Source of the DNA: a virus
IMG/VR virus record: IMGVR_UViG_3300029419_000188
DNA length: 64,000 bases
Reading direction: 5' to 3' (one strand)
Position numbers and translations under genes: made by a program
The notes under the pieces: generated by a model
Database searches by the model: none
Seen by the model: only the letters and a program-made list of their open reading frames with translations
Told to the model about the DNA's origin: nothing
Shown here: one piece after another, positions 29,268 to 38,568 of the stretch
Layout of the letters: each line of letters starts with the position of its first letter
How positions within the stretch are numbered: the stretch's first letter is position 1

Positions 29268-30720
29268 TAAATACATACATATACCATTATTTGTAATGTT
29301 ATTTACATTCATTGCATATATGGTTTCTGATATTTATTTTGATAATGATGGATATTGGATTATAGCATCTGGAAAGTACATTGTAAATCATGGAATTCCA
29401 ACTAAAAATCCATTTACATTCATAAAAGATTTAAATATTATTATTCAACAATGGCCATGGGCAATTTTTTGTTATAAAGTATATTCACAATTTGGTAATT
29501 TAGGACTTTATATTTGTACATTATTAATTTTTCTTGCAGATGTTATAATGTTTTCTAAATTAGCTAAGTTGAAAAATGCAAATGTAAGCATCAGTACATT
29601 ATTTACACTCTTAATATTTTGTTTCTCATATATATTTATTTCAATACGTCCAACAATGTTAACGGTATTTTTATTAATATCAGAAATCTATGTATTAGAG
29701 TATTATAAACAGACAGAAAAAAAAGGTGTATTGGGATTTTTAATACTGATTTCTTTTTTTGAAATTAATTTACACTCAGCAATTTGGTTTTTCCATTTTG
29801 TTTTTATGCTACCATATATTGTTCCTCCAATTAAAAATCCATTTGTGAAATTTAAAGAAGATAATATGAAAAGAAAACCTTTATTTTTCACAATGATTCC
29901 AATGTTTCTTGTTGGATTTTTAAATCCTTATGGAATAAAAGGAATGTTATATATTGTATATTCTTTTGGTAATCAACTAAAGAATGCAGGAATTAGTGAA
30001 TTAGAATGCTGGACATTAAAGAGTTTTTATGGATTAATAATGATTATTACGATATTAATTGTTACATACATATTAAAGAAGAAAAAAATTGATTCAGCAA
30101 CCTTTTATTTATTTTGTGGAACAACAATTATGGGATTTATGTATAAACGCAATTTAATTTACTTTATCTTTGGTTTAATTATTCTATTTATAGAATTAAT
30201 TAAAGATATAGATTTTGCTAAAATAAATACGTGGTTTGAAAAACAAATAAAATATACTTGTTGTTATGTTTGGTTGGTTATTGTTATATTTTGTATATTA
30301 TTTGGAAAATCAATGATACATACTGTTTTAATAAATCCAGAGGAAATGAATGTACATCCTGTAAAATGTGTACAATATTTAGACAACAAAAATGTTGACA
30401 AACAAACAACTAAAATTTATACTGAATTTAATTCTGGTGGATATTTTGAATTTAAAGACTATCATTGTTTTATTGATGCAAGACCTGAATTATATTTTAA
30501 AAAATTAAATAAAAAACAAGAAGTGTTTAAAGATTATGACACATTACAAATCACTTCAAATATTTCAAAACTTGAAAAAATATTACAAAAATATCAATTT
30601 GATTATTTATGTGTATCTGTTAATACAAATTTAGATACTTATTTAAAATTAAAAAATAATTATAAGATTGTGCAAAAAGATAAAAAAACAGGATTCAATC
30701 TTTATCAAAAAATTAATTAA
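29248..30720 (+). CDS. polytopic membrane protein, possible GT-C-fold (ArnT/PMT-like) glycosyltransferase
   Basis: ~11 predicted TM helices in the first 340 aa; first loop DNDGYWIIASGKYIVNHGIP resembles the DE..Y....ASG.WivP loop of ArnT/PMT; soluble C-terminal ~150 aa; terminator at 30727-30775. Confidence 0.35.
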   Translation: MKKILNNKYIHIPLFVMLFTFIAYMVSDIYFDNDGYWIIASGKYIVNHGIPTKNPFTFIKDLNIIIQQWPWAIFCYKVYSQFGNLGLYICTLLIFLADVIMFSKLAKLKNANVSISTLFTLLIFCFSYIFISIRPTMLTVFLLISEIYVLEYYKQTEKKGVLGFLILISFFEINLHSAIWFFHFVFMLPYIVPPIKNPFVKFKEDNMKRKPLFFTMIPMFLVGFLNPYGIKGMLYIVYSFGNQLKNAGISELECWTLKSFYGLIMIITILIVTYILKKKKIDSATFYLFCGTTIMGFMYKRNLIYFIFGLIILFIELIKDIDFAKINTWFEKQIKYTCCYVWLVIVIFCILFGKSMIHTVLINPEEMNVHPVKCVQYLDNKNVDKQTTKIYTEFNSGGYFEFKDYHCFIDARPELYFKKLNKKQEVFKDYDTLQITSNISKLEKILQKYQFDYLCVSVNTNLDTYLKLKNNYKIVQKDKKTGFNLYQKIN

Positions 30721-30845
30721 TATAAATAACTTCTAGATTTTCAATTTCTAGAAGTTATTTTTTTTATTTTTGTTATTTTTTTTTTAATATAATCTATAAT
30801 TTATAAATGATATTTAATAAAATATTTTTTAGGAGGAATTTTTAT

Positions 30846-31436
30846 ATGAAATTATTAGAAATGTTTAAAAATGATTTAAAACAAAGTGGAGAAGAAACAA
30901 TTGACACAATTATGCATGCATTAAAAATTGTTGAGAATTTTGTGCAAAATTCTTCAAATGAAGATATTATTGAATTTGGTTCTTATTTTTTAGATCATTA
31001 TGATGATTTAACAAAAGAAAGACGGTTATCAGATTATAATGGAATGGAACCAATTTCTATTGGTACATTTAAATTTATAGAATCAAATAGAATGGATTTA
31101 GAATTCTTTGATATATATCAAAGGGATTTTACAAAAAATGAACAATTTGAATTAATTTCATTCAAAAAAGAATTAAATGAGTTATTTATCAGATATAAAG
31201 AACTTATTATATCAAAAGAAATTAAATTAGGAGAATCATTTTTGTCAAATTATTTTATTGTAGCTCCAATAAAAGATTTTAATCTTATGGATAATGCATT
31301 AGTTGATGTATTCGTTAAAAACGCAATTTTATCAGATACAGCAGAAGTTACCATTCTTCTTCCATATACAAATCATAAATTAAATTATTCATTTGTGAAT
31401 GGACATTGGATTAGTGAAAATGGAAGAAAATGTTAA
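30846..31436 (+). CDS. hypothetical protein
   Basis: promoter tctataat at 30793; RBS AGGAGGAATTTTTAT. Confidence 0.45.
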   Translation: MKLLEMFKNDLKQSGEETIDTIMHALKIVENFVQNSSNEDIIEFGSYFLDHYDDLTKERRLSDYNGMEPISIGTFKFIESNRMDLEFFDIYQRDFTKNEQFELISFKKELNELFIRYKELIISKEIKLGESFLSNYFIVAPIKDFNLMDNALVDVFVKNAILSDTAEVTILLPYTNHKLNYSFVNGHWISENGRKC

Positions 31437-31449
31437 GAGATGCTATATT

Positions 31450-31665
31450 TTTAATATTGACAACCTCCCACGGATAAATCCGTGGGATTCCTTAGATTCG
31501 ACAATCGCACTAGCATTCCTAAGAACACTAGATATAAATTGTCTCTTTCAGGATTTCGTGCATTTCGTTCAAGGCAAAGCCTTTTACTAGATATCTTGTT
31601 TTCACAAGAACAACGCGGTTGATGTCTGAACCGTTTTTTATTTATTTATATGTTAATTAATTAAA
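31450..31665 (-). ncRNA. putative TnpB guide (omega/right-end) RNA scaffold region
   Basis: GC-rich structured non-coding DNA immediately 3' of tnpB with several hairpins, where IS605-family TnpB omega RNAs are encoded. Confidence 0.4.
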
Positions 31666-33235
31666 ATCCAAAACAATTTTTATAACTAATTTTTTTTGCT
31701 TTCATATCTGCAATCAATTCATTTTGCAACTTTATAAAATTATCAAATTCTGCAATACACTTATCTCTATCAACATGTTTAAAACTTATATCTGCATTAT
31801 GGTATAAAAATGCACTATATAAATCTCGTTGTACTTTTTGTCCATCAATTATTTTTTCTCTTTGGTTTAATGGTATTTTTACATAAGTATCTGTATCATG
31901 ATTATATTGACTACCTTTATATGTGATAGGATTCACATAAACAATTTTTCCCTCCATTTGTTTTACTTTTTCTTCTAACAATTTTAAAAATCTAGCTGGT
32001 GATCTATCATTAATTGTTTTTCCAAAACGTTTACATCTATTTTTATTATTATTTGATTTTATTTGTTTATCATTATTTTCAAATGTTGTATTTGTTTCTT
32101 TTTTATTATTGACATTTTGTTCATTTGAACAATCTTTTGTTTCTACAAGTTTCTTTTTTTCCTTCTTTTTTAATGCATTAAAATTCATATCTTCAATAAT
32201 AAAAAATAATGAGTCTTTTACTATTTCATTTACTTGAGTTCTGTGTGAATGTGTTGTATATTCAGATTTTTGTCGATACAAATTTTTTAATTTATTTCTT
32301 AACATACAATATCTTTTTGAATATACCCATTTATCTTTACTTCTCTTTTTTATTGTTCCATCTTCATTATATTTCTTTGGATTTGTTATACGCTTTGAAT
32401 ATTCCATCTTTTTTTGAATTTTTGCAATTTTTCTATTATAATTTTTACATTTTGGTGCTAATTCATTTAAAACAGTTTTTGTCTCTGAATATCCAGCAAC
32501 AGTTGAAATACTTGGATCCATTCCCATTGTGGAACCTTTTGATGTTATATTTCGTTTTGGTGGTTCTCCTTTGACATAAATTAGCGCATAATAGTGCCAA
32601 CCATTATTAAACATTCTACGTTTAATTTCACAATAAGAAATTTTATTTTCTAAAGATTCAAACAAATACACATCTTCAAGATTATATTTGGATATTTTGC
32701 ATTTTAAGTTAAGACCTAAATATTCAATTGTATAAGTATTTTTGTCAAATTTAATTCCATTTTTTAGACTTTTACTTGGAAGTGTATTAAAATCACGGAC
32801 TTTTTTATAATGAATTGTTTTTCCAGTTGAAAACAAAACCTTTTGAACACCATTCCAAACATTATCTACCTCTTTTTGAACTTGTGAGGATGCCAACATT
32901 TTAGAAAATTGACTACCACAAACTTTCATATAAGACTCTAATCCAGTTTTTGTGAGTCCGATTTCATACTTTATTTGATTCATGATATCTGATAATTCTT
33001 TTTTCCGTTTTTGTTTTTTTTCTTTATCAGATTTTGTATTTGGTTTTGATTCATTTAATTTAATATATTCTGTCAAAGCATTTTGATATTTTTTATTTGT
33101 TTTTAATGAGTTGATAAGTTTTTTTGTATGAGATACACATACATTATGAACATGTTCTAATGCAAAAAATCGATTTGCTAACTCTCTATGATCATATTTT
33201 GTTGTATCAATTAATAATTCTACAGTATACATCAT
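31661..33235 (-). CDS. tnpB: TnpB (IS605 OrfB family)
   Basis: 524-aa protein in the canonical position downstream of tnpA within paired IS ends. Confidence 0.65.
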   Translation of the reverse strand: MMYTVELLIDTTKYDHRELANRFFALEHVHNVCVSHTKKLINSLKTNKKYQNALTEYIKLNESKPNTKSDKEKKQKRKKELSDIMNQIKYEIGLTKTGLESYMKVCGSQFSKMLASSQVQKEVDNVWNGVQKVLFSTGKTIHYKKVRDFNTLPSKSLKNGIKFDKNTYTIEYLGLNLKCKISKYNLEDVYLFESLENKISYCEIKRRMFNNGWHYYALIYVKGEPPKRNITSKGSTMGMDPSISTVAGYSETKTVLNELAPKCKNYNRKIAKIQKKMEYSKRITNPKKYNEDGTIKKRSKDKWVYSKRYCMLRNKLKNLYRQKSEYTTHSHRTQVNEIVKDSLFFIIEDMNFNALKKKEKKKLVETKDCSNEQNVNNKKETNTTFENNDKQIKSNNNKNRCKRFGKTINDRSPARFLKLLEEKVKQMEGKIVYVNPITYKGSQYNHDTDTYVKIPLNQREKIIDGQKVQRDLYSAFLYHNADISFKHVDRDKCIAEFDNFIKLQNELIADMKAKKISYKNCFGF

Positions 33236-33247
33236 TTCATCTCTTTC

Positions 33248-33649
33248 TTAAGGTCTTGTTTTTTGTGTATTAATATAATTTTTAATTGTTAAACTACTAA
33301 CATTTTCAGCAGTTGAAACAAAATAACTTCTAGTCCATAAACTTGGCATTTTACTAAGTTGTGGAAATGTATCTCTTAATATTTTAGATGATGAACCTTT
33401 AATCCATTTCATAACATCTTGTGGTGATTGAGTTGGCAAACATTTCACAAATAAATGGACATGATCTTTATGACATTCCATAGTTAATATTTGAATGTTT
33501 CGTCTTTTGTATTCATTTATTGTTAATTGTTTAAACATATCTTCTACACCTTTAATTAAAAATATTTTTCTTCTATATCTTGGACAAAATACGAAATGAT
33601 AATGAATCATTGAAACTGTTGTTTTGGTTGAAATATAATCATTTTGCAT
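33248..33649 (-). CDS. tnpA: IS200-type Y1 (HUH) transposase TnpA
   Basis: HYHFVFCPRYRR, HxH motif HKDHVHLFV and catalytic-Tyr region RSYFVSTAENVS. Confidence 0.75.
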   Translation of the reverse strand: MQNDYISTKTTVSMIHYHFVFCPRYRRKIFLIKGVEDMFKQLTINEYKRRNIQILTMECHKDHVHLFVKCLPTQSPQDVMKWIKGSSSKILRDTFPQLSKMPSLWTRSYFVSTAENVSSLTIKNYINTQKTRP

Positions 33650-33946
33650 AATATTTATTTTAAAATAGATGTCTTTGTTTGATACATCTATTTGTTCCTT
33701 TCATTTGTTAATAATATTAACATGTTTATTGACATTTATCAACGAGTTTTTCGAAAAATATTTCATTTGCAACAATTCATCCCACGATTAAAATTGTGGG
33801 CATTCTTGTTGAATCATAGTAAAGAATTTAACCTATGCAAAATTTGTATAGGTTAAAGATTTATTTATAAAAATTGATTATATTTTCAATTAAATCATTT
33901 ATAATGAAAAAAGAATATTAAAAAATATTTAAAAGGAGACAAATTT

Positions 33947-34522
33947 ATGTATAAAAATATGAGTAAATTATTAAAAGATGGAAAAGTTGGTGATTTTAAA
34001 TTAGAGCATTTTGAAATCAAAAATAATGATTTATATGCCTTATTACATGGTATACAACCTGGAACTTATGTTAAATTAACACAAAATAATGAAGTTGTAA
34101 TGTCTAATACACAAATGGAACAACATACAAATATTGATTTTGTTGAAAATGCTCATGGAAATGTTTTAATTGGTGGATTAGGAATTGGAATGATTATTCT
34201 TGCAATTCAAGAAAAGGAAACTGTAAAATCAATTACAGTTATTGAAAAAAATAAAGAGGTAATTGAATTGATTCAACAACAATTGCCATTAAATGAAAAA
34301 GTAAAAGTTATAAATGATGATGTATTCAATTATAAACCAGCTCAAAAATTCAATACTATTTATATGGATATTTGGAATTATATAAATGAAGATGTTTATG
34401 AAAATGAAATGAAACCATTAATGAAATATTATAGAAAATATTTAATTTCAAAGACTGAAGATAAAAATAGATATATTGATTGTTGGTGTAAAAAACAAGC
34501 AAAAAATGGTGAAAGAATATGA
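33947..34522 (+). CDS. putative class I SAM-dependent methyltransferase (spermidine-synthase-like fold)
   Basis: Gly-rich motif I VLIGGLGIGMI, acidic INDDVF, and IYMDIW resembling the proximal motifs of PABS-like methyltransferases. Confidence 0.35.
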   Translation: MYKNMSKLLKDGKVGDFKLEHFEIKNNDLYALLHGIQPGTYVKLTQNNEVVMSNTQMEQHTNIDFVENAHGNVLIGGLGIGMIILAIQEKETVKSITVIEKNKEVIELIQQQLPLNEKVKVINDDVFNYKPAQKFNTIYMDIWNYINEDVYENEMKPLMKYYRKYLISKTEDKNRYIDCWCKKQAKNGERI

Positions 34523-34842
34523 TTAAAATTGGTGGTATTTATAAAAGTAAAGAAGATAATGATGTATATTTTTTAATTCTTGATGTTGATAAAAGATATC
34601 TTTATGATTATATCTTAATTGAACCATTTGAAACAATTTCAAATTTGGATATTAATAATCAATTAGATGCTGTTGAAAACTTCACAGATTTTTTTGACAT
34701 AAATAATTTTTCATTTCTGACTAAGAAATCTTTAATGAAAATTATTGATGGATATTTAGGTGAATTAACAGAAGAAAATTTAACATTTATAAAAGATACT
34801 TTTAAAACAACAGAAATATATGAAAAAATTTATAACAGATAA
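34519..34842 (+). CDS. hypothetical protein, KIGGIY paralog family
   Basis: MIKIGGIYKSK... and IIDGYLGELTEENL shared with 42353; start overlaps the upstream stop. Confidence 0.5.
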   Translation: MIKIGGIYKSKEDNDVYFLILDVDKRYLYDYILIEPFETISNLDINNQLDAVENFTDFFDINNFSFLTKKSLMKIIDGYLGELTEENLTFIKDTFKTTEIYEKIYNR

Positions 34843-34958
34843 ACAATTATATCATGAAATTCATTAATATTTTTTAAATTTTTTTATATTTTTCAGATAC
34901 TCATCTATAATAAATTATCAAGTAAAATTATAAAAAATTTAAAAAGGAGGATTTTTGG

Positions 34959-35306
34959 ATGTTAAATAGGAGTGATGTACATTATATTGAAATGATGTAT
35001 GGAAAGAAAAGCACAGAATATTCAATTGCAGAACAATTAAACATTATTAATGAAAGATTAAATGAAACAAATACTGTTTCTTTAATTAAAGATTGCAAGA
35101 TGGAAACAATTTCTTATATTGCAACAATTGTTGATAAAAATGATGAAAGTTATTTTATATTAAAAAAACTGTATAAAAATAAAAATTCTGGAAAAGTAAA
35201 AGAAAAAGTAACGGAAGAAAAAAATGCTAAAAAATATCAAGTTTTAGATCATTTCATAAACTTTACAGCTTATGATTTGTTACTAAAAGGTTACAAATTA
35301 GTGTAA
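34959..35306 (+). CDS. hypothetical protein
   Basis: promoter tctataat at 34894; RBS AAAAAGGAGGATTTTTGG. Confidence 0.45.
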   Translation: MLNRSDVHYIEMMYGKKSTEYSIAEQLNIINERLNETNTVSLIKDCKMETISYIATIVDKNDESYFILKKLYKNKNSGKVKEKVTEEKNAKKYQVLDHFINFTAYDLLLKGYKLV

Positions 35307-35334
35307 GAAATATTTCATTTAAGGAGAAATTATT

Positions 35335-35493
35335 ATGAAAAATTATGGAATTGAAGTTGATAAAAACGGTAATCAAACTGATTTTTTTGGATACTATACT
35401 GAAGACAATAGTACAAAAAGAACATATATTTGCCAAGCTTATACTGAAGAAGCTTGTAAAGAAATGTTAAATAAGATCCAAAAAAAGAAATAA
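35335..35493 (+). CDS. hypothetical 52-aa protein
   Basis: RBS TAAGGAGAAATTATT; bidirectional terminator at 35498-35540; not in the ORF track (<60 aa); coordinates approximate. Confidence 0.35.
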   Translation: MKNYGIEVDKNGNQTDFFGYYTEDNSTKRTYICQAYTEEACKEMLNKIQKKK

Positions 35494-35554
35494 TAAAAAG
35501 AACTATTACCTTATATATTTAGGTAGTAGTTCTTTTTTTTTCAAGTTAGTTCTA

Positions 35555-36796
35555 TTATTTTTTTTTAATTTTTTTCCAATATTCTTCATACATTTTTTCC
35601 ATTTGACTTGTTCCAAAATGATAATATTGTTTATTCTTTAATTTTTCTGGCATATATTCTTGTTCTACATAATGATTTGGATAATCATGTGGATATAAAT
35701 ATCCATTTCCATGATTTATATTTTTTGCATTAGAATAATGACTATCTTTCAAATGATGAGGAACTTCTTCTACATTTACATCTTTCATAGCTTCTTCAAT
35801 CGCTAAATAGCATTTGTTACTCTTAGGTTGAAGTGTTAAATATACAACAGCTTCTGATAGTGGAAGTCTACATTCTGGATATCCTAGTTGTATTGCAGTA
35901 TCTACTAATGATTTAACAACTACAATGGCATTGAAATTTGCTGATCCAACATCTTCACATGCAGAACAAAGTAATCTACGTATAATTACTGGTAGGGCAT
36001 TATTTCCACCTTGCAAAAGTAAAGATAAATAATGTAGTGCTGCATCTGTTGCTGATCCACGTAAAGACTTCATAAATGCACTAGCTAGATCATAATATCT
36101 ATCATTTTGTGAATCAAGACTTAAATTAATAGCTAGTTCATTTAAATCTTCAGTATGTAAAAATACATCATTAGAAAATGGATTTTTATTTTTAAAAAAA
36201 CATGTTTCAAATTTGTTCAAACAATTTCTTAAATCTCCATTTGTTCTCATAATTAATTCTTCAATGAAATTATCATCCATTTTAATTTTACAATTGAAGT
36301 CTTTCTCAATTTTCTCTACAATTAAATTTAATCTTTTACTAATATCTTCTTGATTTAATTCTTTAAATTCAAAAATAATACAACGTGAAAGAATTGCTTT
36401 GTTAATTGTGAAATATGGATTTTCTGCAGTGCTACCAATGAGTATTACATTTCCATTTTCTACAGATTCTAATAGTACTTGCTGAGTTCGTTTTGAGATT
36501 AAATGTAATTCATCAATATATACAATTTTTTCTTCATCATTTTCATTTATTATATCTTTTAAATCTTTTACAGATAAATCAACAGCATTTAATTGAATAA
36601 AATGTTTATTCAATTCCTTTGCTAATATTCTTGCTAATGTTGTTTTTCCTGTACCTGGTGGTCCATATAAAATAATAGATTGAATATACTGATTTGTAAT
36701 AAATCCTTGAATGATACTATTTTTGTGTAAAAGATGCTTCTGTCCAACCATTTCTTCAATTTTTTTTGGTCTATATTTTGTTGCAAATGGTTCCAT
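35555..36796 (-). CDS. rarA: RarA/MgsA-family AAA+ ATPase (replication-associated recombination protein A homolog)
   Basis: N-terminal KYRPKKIEEMVGQKHLL, Walker A GPPGTGKTTLA, Walker B IVYIDELH, and the MgsA C-terminal helical domain (DRYYDLASAFMKSLRGS.TDAALHYLSLLL.GG ... LAIEEA); start at MEPF with RBS GAAAGGGGA. Confidence 0.75.
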   Translation of the reverse strand: MEPFATKYRPKKIEEMVGQKHLLHKNSIIQGFITNQYIQSIILYGPPGTGKTTLARILAKELNKHFIQLNAVDLSVKDLKDIINENDEEKIVYIDELHLISKRTQQVLLESVENGNVILIGSTAENPYFTINKAILSRCIIFEFKELNQEDISKRLNLIVEKIEKDFNCKIKMDDNFIEELIMRTNGDLRNCLNKFETCFFKNKNPFSNDVFLHTEDLNELAINLSLDSQNDRYYDLASAFMKSLRGSATDAALHYLSLLLQGGNNALPVIIRRLLCSACEDVGSANFNAIVVVKSLVDTAIQLGYPECRLPLSEAVVYLTLQPKSNKCYLAIEEAMKDVNVEEVPHHLKDSHYSNAKNINHGNGYLYPHDYPNHYVEQEYMPEKLKNKQYYHFGTSQMEKMYEEYWKKIKKK

Positions 36797-36926
36797 AAAA
36801 TTTCCCCTTTCTATTATCAATTATTATCTAAGTATAATATGTTCAACTTGAAAAATATTTCAATTTATGATAAAATCATAAATGAAATAAAGACAATTGT
36901 CAATAAAAAATAGAAAGGATTAAAAA

Positions 36927-38558
36927 ATGATTACAGATTTTATAGTTGGGTTTGTCCAATTTTTAAATAAAAATGAATATACCATTTCACAAGAACAAAT
37001 TTCTAGATTTTTTTCATTAATCTATTCTTTAAGAATTTCATTTATAAATGAACAAGATATTATTGATTTAATGAAAACAGTTTTTTGTTCAACTAAACTA
37101 CAATCAGAGTATATTCAAAAATATTTTAAGGAATATACAGATATTTATTTAAAAGAAAATTTAAATAAAAAAAATAAAAAAGATTTAGAACAAAAAAAAG
37201 AAACAGAATATCAAAAATTTCATAAAAACATACAAAACAAAGAAATTTTCTTAAAAGAACTTGACAATGAAATTAATAAAAAAATCCTTGAAGTAAAAAA
37301 TGAAGCTGTTGATTATCAAAAAATAATGACAAATAAAGATAAAAAATTTGTAAAACAAAATTTAGAAAAATTGAAAGAAATTAATCATGATAATAAAAAT
37401 ATGATAAAATTTTTAGATGAATTTGAAAAAGATTCAGATTGTTTTGCAATTAGTTCAATATTTGAAAAAGAAAGTGAAAATTTAATAGAAAAGGCTGAAA
37501 AATTATTATTTGATGGTAAAATTAAAGAATTTGAATTAGAAGAAGAGTTTTATCAAATATCTAAACGTTTAAAAAATAAAATTGAAAAAACTGATATTGA
37601 GTCAAGAATTCAAAAAGAAACAAGAAGTTTAAAAACACAACAGAAAAAAATTCAAAAAGAAATAGAACAAGAAAAAGAAGAACATACAAAAATTATGAAT
37701 CAAATTGAACAGATTCTTCAAAATCAAAGATTAGAAACAGAATCAAAAATTATAAAAAAGGAAGAATCCATTAATCATAGAGAAATATTTATTGGTGGTA
37801 ATAGTTTTGTACAAACAGATAAAAATACAAAAGAACTGTTTACAAAAAATATTGGAAGTTTAAATAAAGACGAAAGAAATCAAATTATTAGATATATTAA
37901 ACGAAACATTCTAAAATTTAAAACAAAAATGAACAGAAGTATTCATACAAACCAAAGACTTGATTTTAATATAAAAGATACCATTCAAAATGCATGTAAA
38001 ACAAGTGGTTTACCAATGCAATTAATTTTTGATAAACCAATGAATAATAAATCAAATCTTGTATTGATGTTAGATGTCTCAGGGTCTTGTTCAACTGCAT
38101 CAAAAATGATGTTAACATTTATGTATCTTTTAAAAGATGTTTTCCCAAGAGGCTGTGATACTTTTGCATTTGTAAATTCATTATATGATATTTCAGATAT
38201 CATGAAAACATCAAATATTGAAACAGCAATTGATTCTGTGTTAAATGCAATTCCAAGAAAAGGTGTTTATTCTAATTATTATAAACCTTTGGAAACATTA
38301 TGGACTGAATATAAAAAGACAATCACGAAAGATAGTATTGTTATTTTTATGGGAGATGCCCGTAATAATAAAAATAATACTGCTGAAGAATTTATGAAAA
38401 ATATTGGACATCGTGCAAAAAAATGCTATTGGTTAAATACAGAAAAATATGATAAATGGAACAAAGCAGATTCTCTTGCATCATTATATGGAAAATATGC
38501 AACTATGTATGAAGTAGTTAATATTGGAGAATTAATTAATTTTATTGAGAATATATAG
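36927..38558 (+). CDS. coiled-coil protein with a C-terminal von Willebrand factor A (VWA) domain
   Basis: MIDAS-type DVSGSCS (DxSxS) followed by a conserved T and GDARNN; ~330-aa K/E-rich coiled-coil N-terminus; NorD/CbbO-like architecture; palindrome AGACAATTGTCAA ~40 bp upstream. Confidence 0.6.
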   Translation: MITDFIVGFVQFLNKNEYTISQEQISRFFSLIYSLRISFINEQDIIDLMKTVFCSTKLQSEYIQKYFKEYTDIYLKENLNKKNKKDLEQKKETEYQKFHKNIQNKEIFLKELDNEINKKILEVKNEAVDYQKIMTNKDKKFVKQNLEKLKEINHDNKNMIKFLDEFEKDSDCFAISSIFEKESENLIEKAEKLLFDGKIKEFELEEEFYQISKRLKNKIEKTDIESRIQKETRSLKTQQKKIQKEIEQEKEEHTKIMNQIEQILQNQRLETESKIIKKEESINHREIFIGGNSFVQTDKNTKELFTKNIGSLNKDERNQIIRYIKRNILKFKTKMNRSIHTNQRLDFNIKDTIQNACKTSGLPMQLIFDKPMNNKSNLVLMLDVSGSCSTASKMMLTFMYLLKDVFPRGCDTFAFVNSLYDISDIMKTSNIETAIDSVLNAIPRKGVYSNYYKPLETLWTEYKKTITKDSIVIFMGDARNNKNNTAEEFMKNIGHRAKKCYWLNTEKYDKWNKADSLASLYGKYATMYEVVNIGELINFIENI

Positions 38559-38568
38559 AGGTGAAATT

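Larger units (their letters stand above)
31450..33830 (-). mobile_element. complete IS200/IS605-family insertion sequence (tnpA + tnpB, IS608-like organisation) with matching subterminal hairpins
   Basis: right-end hairpin cccacggataaatccgtggg (31467-31486) and left-end hairpin cccacgattaaaattgtggg (33781-33800); tnpA 33248-33649 and tnpB 31661-33235 on the same strand. Confidence 0.7.
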
